Source: a virus
Taxonomy: Duplodnaviria; Caudoviricetes
DNA length: 25,228 nt
IMG/VR virus record: IMGVR_UViG_3300012665_001944
Location: 1 to 25,228 of that record
Reading direction: 5' to 3' (one strand)
Part shown: positions 16,795-24,665 of the stretch, piece after piece
How the letters are laid out: every line of letters begins with the position of its first letter
Position numbering within the stretch: position 1 is the first letter of the stretch
Notes under the pieces: generated by a model
Seen by the model: the letters and a program-made list of their open reading frames with translations, nothing else
Told to the model about the DNA's origin: nothing
Databases searched by the model: none
Program-made: the position numbers and the translations under genes

Positions 16795-18936
16795 ATGGCA
16801 TTTGCTCCACAACAAGAAAGACAAATGGTTTTTACAACCAAATTAGTAGACGAGGCTACTGATAAGATTAACGATGGTGTAGTCGTTAAGAGATATCAAA
16901 ACCCTTGGTTAAAGAGTGAAGTAGGCTTGAGAAGAGCCGGTGTTTCATTTAGAATGACCGCTGACGAACAACAGGAATATGTTAGATGTGCCCTAGATGT
17001 TCATTACTTTGTAGAAAAATATTGTAAAGTAAAACGAGAAGATGGTTCTGTTGGTTCAATTAAACTAAGAGATTATCAAAAAGAAATATTAGATAGTTTT
17101 GTCAATAATAGATTTAGTATCTTAATGGCATCTCGTCAGGTTGGTAAAACAATATCATCTTCTATTTTCATGTTGCATAAAATTCTATTTGATAATGATA
17201 GGAATATCATGATTGTAGCCAACAAAGGTGATACAGCTGTTGAGATTGTTGATAAGATTAAATCAATCTACTCTTTATTGCCTTTTTTCTTAAAGCCAGG
17301 TATTAAAACTTGGAACCAGAAGTCATTAACATTTGAAAATGGTTGCAGAATTAAAACATCTGCTAGAACAAAGACTCCAGCCATCGGTTTTACCATTGAC
17401 GTACTTTACTTAGATGAGTTTGCTCACATTCCTTCAAATATTATTGAACCTTACTATACTGCCGCTTTTCCGACAACTGCTGCCGTTCAAAATTCAAAAA
17501 TTATTATCACCTCTACACCAAATGGTATGAACTTATTCCATAGATTATTGACAGATGCTGAAAGACCTGAAGGTGATCCATTGAAGAATAACTATAAACC
17601 AATGAGAGTTTACTGGTATCAAGTGCCAGGTCGTTTTGTTACTTATATTAGATTAAATGCTCACAAACTATATGAGTATGGTGTTACTAAAGAAGAGATA
17701 TTTGATTTAGTTAACAATAAATGGGGAGATAAAACCAAAGTATTCATGGAATACAATATGGATTTACTTAAAGATGTTATTAATGTTTTTAATGATGATA
17801 GATGTACAGATGAGGATGTTAAAAAATTAACTTTTGTTGATAAAAATGGATTTGAAGTCCCTATTATGGCTATTGCTGAAGTAACAACTTGGAAAGAAGA
17901 AGCCATTAAAGATATTGGTGGTGAGGATGCCTTTAACCAAGAGTATGGTTTAAGATTTATTAATGCTTCTAAGTCATTATTAAATGAAGCAATTATAGAC
18001 GACTTATTGAGAAATAAGAAAAACTACGTCCATGAGCCTATTATTGAATTTGATAGAAGATTGAAATTTAGTTATACTGACTTAAAATGGGTTGATGATG
18101 ATATTAGTTTCTTACCTATTATGAGAAAAGATTATAAATATGTTTTATCTGTCGATATTTCTGAAGGTCTCGGTCAGGATTATTCTATTATAAATATATT
18201 TAGAGTATCTGAGAAACCAAAGGAATTAATAGAAACACAGAAAAATAATTATAAATCTGTTGTAGACTTCTTCAGATTGGAGCAAATTGGTATTTATAGA
18301 AATAATTATATTTCTGTTAAGCAACTAGCAGAGTTACTTTATATGATAGTATTTGAATACTTGAATCCTGATAACTGTAAAGTAGTTGTCGAGTTAAATA
18401 ACTATGGTAATACTTTATTTGCTGAGTTACCACACGTTTTTGATGGTAATAATAACTATGGTTCTTCAGTATTTGTTAGATATAAACATAGAGCCGATGC
18501 TACCGAGGAAAAGGTAGGATTAAAAGTGGGTGAGAATAAGAATATGATGGTTAAAGATTATCAAGAACTTATGCAGAGTAAAGGTTTTTTGATAAACAAT
18601 GAAGATAATATTAGAGAAATTACAACATTTGTTAAACATACTACTTCAGCTGGTAATACTAGATATGCTGCTGATGTTGGACATGATGATACTGTAATGA
18701 CTATTGTGAATGCCACGACGGTATTTGGTAGACACGACTTTACGGAAATGGTTGAAGAGTGGTCTAGTAAGTTTGTTGATAAGGAATTTATGTCTTATGT
18801 TAATGAATCCTTAAAAAATATGGACTATGTTGAGGGAGTTGACTATGGTCAAGTTCTAAAGATAAGAAAACAAAAAATGAACAGATTCAAAGATAATAGT
18901 GGATTTGGAAGCGGTACTAACTGGTTTGGTAAATAA
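16795..18936 (+). CDS. terL: Terminase large subunit (T4 gp17-like)
   Basis: LRDYQ, Walker A SRQVGKT, Walker B LYLDEFAH, ITSTPNG, nuclease motifs VDISEGLGQDYS and GHDDTVM. Confidence 0.97.
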   Translation: MAFAPQQERQMVFTTKLVDEATDKINDGVVVKRYQNPWLKSEVGLRRAGVSFRMTADEQQEYVRCALDVHYFVEKYCKVKREDGSVGSIKLRDYQKEILDSFVNNRFSILMASRQVGKTISSSIFMLHKILFDNDRNIMIVANKGDTAVEIVDKIKSIYSLLPFFLKPGIKTWNQKSLTFENGCRIKTSARTKTPAIGFTIDVLYLDEFAHIPSNIIEPYYTAAFPTTAAVQNSKIIITSTPNGMNLFHRLLTDAERPEGDPLKNNYKPMRVYWYQVPGRFVTYIRLNAHKLYEYGVTKEEIFDLVNNKWGDKTKVFMEYNMDLLKDVINVFNDDRCTDEDVKKLTFVDKNGFEVPIMAIAEVTTWKEEAIKDIGGEDAFNQEYGLRFINASKSLLNEAIIDDLLRNKKNYVHEPIIEFDRRLKFSYTDLKWVDDDISFLPIMRKDYKYVLSVDISEGLGQDYSIINIFRVSEKPKELIETQKNNYKSVVDFFRLEQIGIYRNNYISVKQLAELLYMIVFEYLNPDNCKVVVELNNYGNTLFAELPHVFDGNNNYGSSVFVRYKHRADATEEKVGLKVGENKNMMVKDYQELMQSKGFLINNEDNIREITTFVKHTTSAGNTRYAADVGHDDTVMTIVNATTVFGRHDFTEMVEEWSSKFVDKEFMSYVNESLKNMDYVEGVDYGQVLKIRKQKMNRFKDNSGFGSGTNWFGK

Positions 18937-18963
18937 AAAAAGACACATTTCTGTGTCTTTTTT
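18935..18963. terminator. Bidirectional intrinsic terminator between terL and clpS
   Basis: AAAAAAAGACACA-tttc-TGTGTCTTTTTT between convergent genes. Confidence 0.85.
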
Positions 18964-18964
18964 A

Positions 18965-19249
18965 TTAATCGTTAGATTCCATTGTCGCACTTAAACCAGC
19001 ACTTCTCAATTTATCTTTCATAGTTGAGATAGTTTCAATATCTCCGTATTTTACATCACACTTTCCGTTGTAGTGTATAATGTGAGCACATTGTGTGGCT
19101 TGCTCGTTTTCATGTTTACATATCTTCATTAGACAGGTAATAACCCAATCAAATGTGTTGTGATCATCGTTGTGAAGAATCAACTTATACGGTTTTGATA
19201 AAATTTCTTCTACCTTAGAATTGGTTTTCTTTTTAGTAATTGTTGCCAT
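18965..19249 (-). CDS. clpS: ATP-dependent Clp protease adaptor ClpS
   Basis: YKLILHNDDHNTFDWVI..L..IC.H..EQA.QCA.IIHYNGKC.VK.G...L..AGLSA. Confidence 0.9.
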   Translation of the reverse strand: MATITKKKTNSKVEEILSKPYKLILHNDDHNTFDWVITCLMKICKHENEQATQCAHIIHYNGKCDVKYGDIETISTMKDKLRSAGLSATMESND

Positions 19250-19279
19250 AAACTATTTTAATTTTCTGAGTATTATATA

Positions 19280-19836
19280 TTATTTTGAGAAGTTTGTTTC
19301 TTTCTTATTAACAACATCGATTACAGTAACCTGTACAAGCTGTTCTTCAGCCCATTCTTCAAATCTAATTAGATGTTCTTGTCTATCATCATACATAACA
19401 AACTCATCAACACCAAGTTCTTCAATTTTTTCTTCAAATAATTTAGTTTTGAAGTTGTATGTATCACCACCCCAGTTTAAATGAACTTCATCAAATGAAA
19501 TATTATGTTGATTTAGAATAGTTTGGATATGATGTTGTGTTTATTTAATATAGTTTGTATGTGTTCAGACATACCTTCTTTCTTTTTTAATCTGCCTGTT
19601 GCTAGAATGACATAGTTATCTGGATCTGATACCGCTTCTAAATACTTTTTATAAACCCATTGATTTAATGGAATTTCAAATATTTCAGGATCTATACTTT
19701 CAGGACGACCCCACCACCCGTTATAGGGCCAAACGGTTCCTGTTTTTTCTAACCAGATTTTCTCACCTTCTTCAGGTTTTGGTGTGTGACATAATGTATC
19801 GTCGAAGTCGAATGATATTAATCTTTTATAGCTCAT
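19280..19836 (-). CDS. HAD-family phosphatase-like protein, interrupted by a 32-nt diverged duplication
   Basis: FDFDDTL, WW..PES and LATGR in the 5' part; the shifted frame continues SFDEVHLNWGGDT...VMYDDRQEH to TAA at 19280; removing 32 nt gives 174 aa. Confidence 0.8.
19500..19563. repeat. Diverged 32-nt tandem duplication
   Basis: 19500-19531 versus 19532-19563 encode HIQTILNQHN versus HIQTILNKHN; 7 differences, 6 synonymous. Confidence 0.85.
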
Positions 19837-19929
19837 ATTTTAAATTATTTACAAATATATATAAAATTTCTCAAAAATAAAAGGTCGGTTTATTAAAATA
19901 ATATATAATCACAAAAATAATAAGTTTTT

Positions 19930-20346
19930 ATGAAATTGGATATTAAATCAATTTTGATATTAATCTTACTTGGATTGACACTTTTATTTGGTTTCAAGTG
20001 GTTTTTTTCAGGTGATAAAGCATCAAAAGAAAGAGTTAAACAACTTGAACAAGAGTTCAAAGAATTAGAGTCTCAAAAAAAATTAGTTGATTTAGAAATT
20101 GCTACATGGGTAGCTAAATCAGATAGTCTTAGAAAGTTGGATGTTAAATTGCAAGCTGAGTTGGCTAAACAAGAAGCTCAAACTAGAAAGGCTGAGGAAG
20201 AAGCTAATAAGTCAAAGGCTAATTTAGATAAATTAAAGAAAGACATTGCTGAGACTCAACACAAAATTGAAGAATTCAAAAATAATCCACCTAATAGAAC
20301 AGGTGACGCACTTTTAGAGTCGCTAAAAAATAAAACTAAACATTAA
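19930..20346 (+). CDS. N-terminally anchored coiled-coil membrane protein (spanin-like topology)
   Basis: Hydrophobic segment ILILILLGLTLLFGF followed by a long coiled coil. Confidence 0.6.
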   Translation: MKLDIKSILILILLGLTLLFGFKWFFSGDKASKERVKQLEQEFKELESQKKLVDLEIATWVAKSDSLRKLDVKLQAELAKQEAQTRKAEEEANKSKANLDKLKKDIAETQHKIEEFKNNPPNRTGDALLESLKNKTKH

Positions 20347-20347
20347 T

Positions 20348-20863
20348 ATGAAAAAGTTTTTATCACTTATAGTTGGTTTGGTATTGAGTTTAAGCGCTTA
20401 CTCACAATATTCACAGCCTAAAATAGAATATCCAAGATACGAAACAGACTCTTTGGGTCAACAAGTTTTGGTTATGACTATCGAACAAGCACAAAGTCTT
20501 GATAATGGGACAGACTTATTAGTTCTTCTGCAGAAGTTAAATACTCAAATGGGTGACTATGATTCTGTTTGTGTTAAAGTTATCAATGATAAAGAAGTAG
20601 TAATCGCTTCTCAAAAAATGGAGATTAAGAAATTGAAAGAATCTTTAGTTAATAAAGATGAACAAATTAAAGCTCTGCAAGGTGAAGTTGCTTCTTATCT
20701 TAAAAAGATTCTTATTCTTGAAGGTGAAGTCGCTAATAGACAGAAAGTTATCGATGAGAAGAATTTACAAATAAGAGGTTTGAAAACTAAAATGATTTTT
20801 GGTGGCATCGGTGGTGGTGTTGCTATTATTGGTTTAATACTAGGATTGGTAGTATTACATTAA
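20348..20863 (+). CDS. Exported coiled-coil protein with signal peptide and C-terminal transmembrane helix
   Basis: MKKFLSLIVGLVLSLSAYS|Q signal peptide; coiled coil; C-terminal GGIGGGVAIIGLILGLVVL. Confidence 0.65.
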   Translation: MKKFLSLIVGLVLSLSAYSQYSQPKIEYPRYETDSLGQQVLVMTIEQAQSLDNGTDLLVLLQKLNTQMGDYDSVCVKVINDKEVVIASQKMEIKKLKESLVNKDEQIKALQGEVASYLKKILILEGEVANRQKVIDEKNLQIRGLKTKMIFGGIGGGVAIIGLILGLVVLH

Positions 20864-20921
20864 TGATAAAAAATGAGTTTTTAAGTTTAATATATAATCT
20901 ATAAAAAATATTCAAATACAA

Positions 20922-21551
20922 ATGAAGCATATTAGAACATATGAAAATTATCGTGTTAAAAAGAACAGAGAAGAGATTATCAAAGAATCAGTTCTTCAAG
21001 TAAACGATATTTACAAAGTAAAGACTATGATTGATATTCCTCAATCTTTAATCAATGCTTATGTGAAAAAAGTAAAAGATACTACAGGTAAAAACCTACG
21101 CACGTTCTTTGGTGATGTTGATATTGCTGAAGAAATTGTAAAGTTTATTAATATGGATAACCTAGATGTTGAAAAAATCCCTGGTGGTGCTTTAATGGGT
21201 GGTGGTCAATCACAAACTCAAACACAAACTCAGGCTCAACCTCAAGTTCAAGTAGAAGCTCAACCTCAAGCTCAGGCTCAAACACAAGAAGCTCCTCAAA
21301 CTCAGGCTCAACCAGCTCAAACTGAAGAGGCTCCAGCACAAGCTCAACCAGCTCAAGGTGAATTTGAAGAACCTCAAGCTCAAGGACAAGAAGCTCAAGA
21401 AGGACAAGAACAAGCTCAACCGGCTCAAGGACAAGAAGCTCAAGAAGGACAAACTCAGGCTCAACCAGCTCAAGGACAAGCTCAAGAAGAGGAAGAAAAA
21501 GAAGAAGGTCAAGAAGAAAAAGAAGAAGGTGAAGAAGAATTACCTCTTTAA
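20922..21551 (+). CDS. Protein with CTS-like N-terminus (MKHIRTYENY) and a Q/A/E-rich low-complexity tail
   Basis: About 95-aa ordered N-terminal part, then QAQP/QGQEAQE repeats and an acidic end; promoter motif upstream and terminator downstream. Confidence 0.8.
   Translation: MKHIRTYENYRVKKNREEIIKESVLQVNDIYKVKTMIDIPQSLINAYVKKVKDTTGKNLRTFFGDVDIAEEIVKFINMDNLDVEKIPGGALMGGGQSQTQTQTQAQPQVQVEAQPQAQAQTQEAPQTQAQPAQTEEAPAQAQPAQGEFEEPQAQGQEAQEGQEQAQPAQGQEAQEGQTQAQPAQGQAQEEEEKEEGQEEKEEGEEELPL
21205..21540 (+). repeat. Coding low-complexity repeats (caagctcaa units)
   Basis: Includes an exact 30-nt repeat gctcaaggacaagaagctcaagaaggacaa at 21378 and 21423. Confidence 0.85.
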
Positions 21552-21573
21552 TCTATAAAATATTCAAAGAATT

Positions 21574-21603
21574 AAAACCCATCAAGAAATTGATGGGTTT
21601 TTT
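21574..21603 (+). terminator. Intrinsic terminator
   Basis: AAAACCCATCAA-GAAA-TTGATGGGTTTTTT. Confidence 0.85.
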
Positions 21604-21637
21604 ATTTAATATATAGTATATCAAAATATAATAAACA

Positions 21638-22339
21638 ATGAAATACTTAAAATTATTTGAAGACTTTGAAGAAGCAGATATTCCACATGGTGGTGAGTTT
21701 AACTATGGTAAATTAACAGAAGAAGATGTTACTAAAGTTAAATCTTTTATAGAAGATTTGAAAATATACACAAAGGAACATAATGTTGAGTTGATTTTAT
21801 CTCCTAAAAGTGGAATTCAGTTCTCGGAAGATGGTATAACTTGTAATGGTTATTTTGATGGTGAGAGTCCAACTCTAGCTTGTGCTTTAGGTAAAGACGT
21901 TTCTCAATGGTTAATAATATTACTACACGAATCTTGTCACATGGACCAATGGATCGAACAGGTACCTGCTTGGACCGAGAATGAGTCTGGAATGGAGAAC
22001 ATCAGTGAATGGTTAGCCGGTGATGATAATGTTGATATGTCTTTAATTGATAAAGAAATAAGATTATCTATGGATTGTGAAATAGATTGTGAAAGAAGAA
22101 CTGTTGAAAAAATTAAAAAGTATGGTTTAGATTCAATTATAAATATTGATGAATATATTCAAAAGTCAAATGCTTATGTTCTTTTCTATTTATGGATGAG
22201 AAAAAATAGAAGTTGGTATAAAATAGGCAAAGAGCCTTACAATCAACCTCAGGTAATTAATGTAATGCCTAAAACATTTGATATAGATTACACAGTTTTA
22301 GATCCTAAGATTGAAAAAGCATATGATACTTATTTATAA
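21638..22339 (+). CDS. HExxH zinc metallopeptidase-like protein with CTS-like N-terminus (MKYLKLFEDFEE)
   Basis: ILLHESCHMDQW plus a downstream Glu helix (CEIDCERR). Confidence 0.75.
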   Translation: MKYLKLFEDFEEADIPHGGEFNYGKLTEEDVTKVKSFIEDLKIYTKEHNVELILSPKSGIQFSEDGITCNGYFDGESPTLACALGKDVSQWLIILLHESCHMDQWIEQVPAWTENESGMENISEWLAGDDNVDMSLIDKEIRLSMDCEIDCERRTVEKIKKYGLDSIINIDEYIQKSNAYVLFYLWMRKNRSWYKIGKEPYNQPQVINVMPKTFDIDYTVLDPKIEKAYDTYL

Positions 22340-22950
22340 TGAGATACTTAAAAACATTTGAAAGTCATAGTAGTGGAACATTAATTATAGTTGATGTTCA
22401 GAAATCATTTAGAAAGTTTTTCTCAGAGATGTATCTTAATGAATTAAAGAAGTATTCTAATAATTTTCAAAATGTTTATCAAGTTTGGGATAATCATATA
22501 GATGGTAAGAATGTAGATAAAGATTATTTATATGATGAAACTCCTGAGATTCCTATTCATAAAGACCTTTATCATTTTCCTAATCAAAAAGAACTTATTG
22601 AGAAAAGATATAATTACAAAGTAGATGCTGATTTCTATAAGAAGATATTAGATAAAGAGGTTTATCAAGAAATTAGTGATAAAGAGGATAGAAAAGAATT
22701 AAAGAAAGGTGATATATTCAATACTAAAGAAGGAACTATTATCACTTATATAAACAACAATCATGTTTGGTTTCACTGTCCTATAAAACTATATGAGTTA
22801 TTAAAGTCATTAAATGGTAAAGAAGTTACTATTGTAGGTGGTGCTGACTCTGAATGTCTTGAAGACATTGTTACAACTGCTGAAAGTTTAGGAGTTAAAA
22901 TTAAAAGAGATTATAAGTATATTTATACTGCTAATAGTTGTCCAATATAA
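22339..22950 (+). CDS. Isochorismatase/nicotinamidase-like cysteine hydrolase with CTS-like N-terminus (MRYLKTFES)
   Basis: LIIVDVQKSF (Asp), IEKRY (Lys) and IVGGADSECL (Cys) give a D-K-C triad pattern. Confidence 0.75.
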   Translation: MRYLKTFESHSSGTLIIVDVQKSFRKFFSEMYLNELKKYSNNFQNVYQVWDNHIDGKNVDKDYLYDETPEIPIHKDLYHFPNQKELIEKRYNYKVDADFYKKILDKEVYQEISDKEDRKELKKGDIFNTKEGTIITYINNNHVWFHCPIKLYELLKSLNGKEVTIVGGADSECLEDIVTTAESLGVKIKRDYKYIYTANSCPI

Positions 22951-22966
22951 AAATAAAATAATATTT

Positions 22967-23206
22967 ATGCCAGCTCGTTCAAAAACACAACAAAGACTAA
23001 TGGGTTTAGCTTACGCTTATAAAACTGGTGAAGTTAAAGCTAAAGATTTGAATCCGGAATATGCAGATGAAATTAAAAAACTGGCTAAATCAATGACTGA
23101 AAAACAGTTAAAAGATTTTGCTAAAACTAAACATAAAAATCTTCCTGAGAAGGTAGAAGAAAGAATTAAAAGATTTGAATCCTTTGTTGAATCATTAAAT
23201 AAATAA
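22967..23206 (+). CDS. DUF3008-like small basic protein with C-terminal CTS-like segment
   Basis: MPARSKTQQRLMG...KSMTEKQLKDFAKTKHKNLPEKV; ends EERIKRFESFVESLNK. Confidence 0.7.
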   Translation: MPARSKTQQRLMGLAYAYKTGEVKAKDLNPEYADEIKKLAKSMTEKQLKDFAKTKHKNLPEKVEERIKRFESFVESLNK

Positions 23207-23216
23207 AACCAGAGTT

Positions 23217-23591
23217 TTATGCTATGTTGGCATATACATCATAGTCTGCTACCTGAAAGTAAACTTCCATCCATTCTTGGTATCTTTCAGGATCATCATA
23301 AAATGAAACCTTTAGTGTATAAGTTATAGATTCTAATTCATTTATATAATCTGATATTTGACCTCTTAGTTCACCTTCAATTGTCTCAGCTGAAAGTTTT
23401 GTTTCGTGTAAATATCTTGGTAAATCACCACCAAAATTAGGCTCACAGAATAATTCACCTTTATTGGTAAATAAAATCATTTCCCATTTTTGTATTATTA
23501 CTCTAATAACATCATCTTCAATGATTTGAGTATCATTAAATCTTGGATGTCCTGGGTATTCAATATAGAAGTCCGAAAAGTCAAAAGCCAT
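23217..23591 (-). CDS. Baseplate wedge subunit (T4 gp25-like)
   Basis: 124 aa; ILFTNKGE...PNFG..L..YL.E and I..YI.E follow the gp25/GPW pattern. Confidence 0.75.
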   Translation of the reverse strand: MAFDFSDFYIEYPGHPRFNDTQIIEDDVIRVIIQKWEMILFTNKGELFCEPNFGGDLPRYLHETKLSAETIEGELRGQISDYINELESITYTLKVSFYDDPERYQEWMEVYFQVADYDVYANIA

Positions 23592-23622
23592 AACATATAT
23601 ATTAATATATTATGGCTCTTTT
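23583..23622 (-). promoter_or_regulatory. Hairpin covering the gp25-like start codon, with an embedded TAATATATA motif
   Basis: Minus strand AAGAGCCATAATATAT-taatat-ATATGTTATGGCTTTT; the ATG lies in the 3' arm. Confidence 0.6.
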
Positions 23623-23623
23623 G

Positions 23624-24665
23624 TTACAATAGTATATCTCTGAACTTACCAATTATTGTTAGACCTAGAACTATAGGGTCTGTATTGGTTTCTAACTTAG
23701 AAGAGTAGTCTGATATTATGAAATTACATTCAAACAATTTATCTATATTCTTACTTTCTGATATAGACCAATCAATAAATGGTTTTCCTAAAAGTCTAAT
23801 CATCACATCAATCTTTTCAGCACCAAAGTTAGTCATTAAGAAGTGATAGATTTTCTCATAGTCTAAAGACTTATCATAGATACAAGAATATAAATCTAAC
23901 TTTACTTTATTAGACACATTAGATGTATTCTCTCCTAAACTACCCGTTTCTAAATAGTTTTGAACTTCAACCATTATAGACCTAAAGTCCGGAAACTTCT
24001 TAGTAATAATAGAAGCTAAATCTTCTTTAGGAATTTCTTTACCTTCTTTAGGTAAAATTACATTATTGATTCTTTTATAAACTTCTTGTTTAAGATACTT
24101 TTCTTCTTCAAGACTTTGACAATCAAAGTTTATTTGAGGAATTCTAGATTTAATACCATCAGAAATCTTATTTAAGTGATTGGTTGTGATAATGAATCTA
24201 ACATTCTTATTATACTTTTCAATAAATGCCTTGAAAGCATCTTGGAATTGAGCCGACACTCTTTCAAATTCATCTAAGAATATGTATTTAATGTCGGAGT
24301 CAGTTTCCATCATTGGAGTGAACTTACAAAAATCTTCAATCTCACTTCTTAAAACATCAATAGATGTATATAAAGAGGAGTTAAGTTCTAAGTAAGGTTT
24401 ATCTACAGAAATCTTCAATCTCACTTCTTAATACATCAATAGATGTGTATAAAGAAGAGTTCAGTTCTAAGTAAGGTTTATCTTTTGTGTATTTTCCAAT
24501 AAGTATTCTGGCTAAACTTGTTTTCCCGGTGCCAAAATGACCGTAGAATATAAAGTTTTGGTTGATACCAAACTCAAAGTGTTTTCTGATTCTAGGTAAA
24601 AGAATAACATCCTCCATAGTCTTTGGACGCCACTTTTCCCATAATAGTAATGATTTAACAGACAT
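23624..24665 (-). CDS. Sliding-clamp loader AAA+ subunit (T4 gp44 / RFC small subunit), interrupted by a 79-nt duplication
   Basis: LWEKWRP, Walker A GHFGTGKT, LELNSS, Walker B IFLDEFE, FIITTN, IKSR, PDFR; removing 79 nt gives 320 aa. Confidence 0.92.
24325..24482. repeat. Diverged 79-nt tandem duplication
   Basis: 24325-24403 versus 24404-24482: 5 differences, all synonymous in DKPYLELNSSLYTSIDVLRSEIEDFC. Confidence 0.95.

Noticed and set aside
17635-17889. Intein or intron in terL
   Set aside because: No N-terminal Cys/Ser, no C-terminal His-Asn, no endonuclease motifs, and the frame is continuous
14934-19859. Further Bacteroidota-type TATATTTG elements on the minus strand at 14934-14941 and 19852-19859
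   Set aside because: No correctly spaced TTTG -33 element was seen; the first has no credible downstream gene and the second overlaps the late-type motif
3805-19880. Short antisense/overlapping track ORFs (3805-, 4548+, 5545+, 5739+, 6594+, 11683+, 12795+, 13728-, 14816-, 17661-, 19221+, 19668+; also 23490+)
   Set aside because: They lie opposite well-supported genes and show no motifs or expression signals
21205-21540. CRISPR array
   Set aside because: Repeats are in-frame coding units with no constant repeat/unique spacer structure
21148-21558. Track ORFs 21148..21339, 21210..21512 and 21358..21558
   Set aside because: Shadow frames of the Q/A/E low-complexity repeat in the real gene 20922..21551
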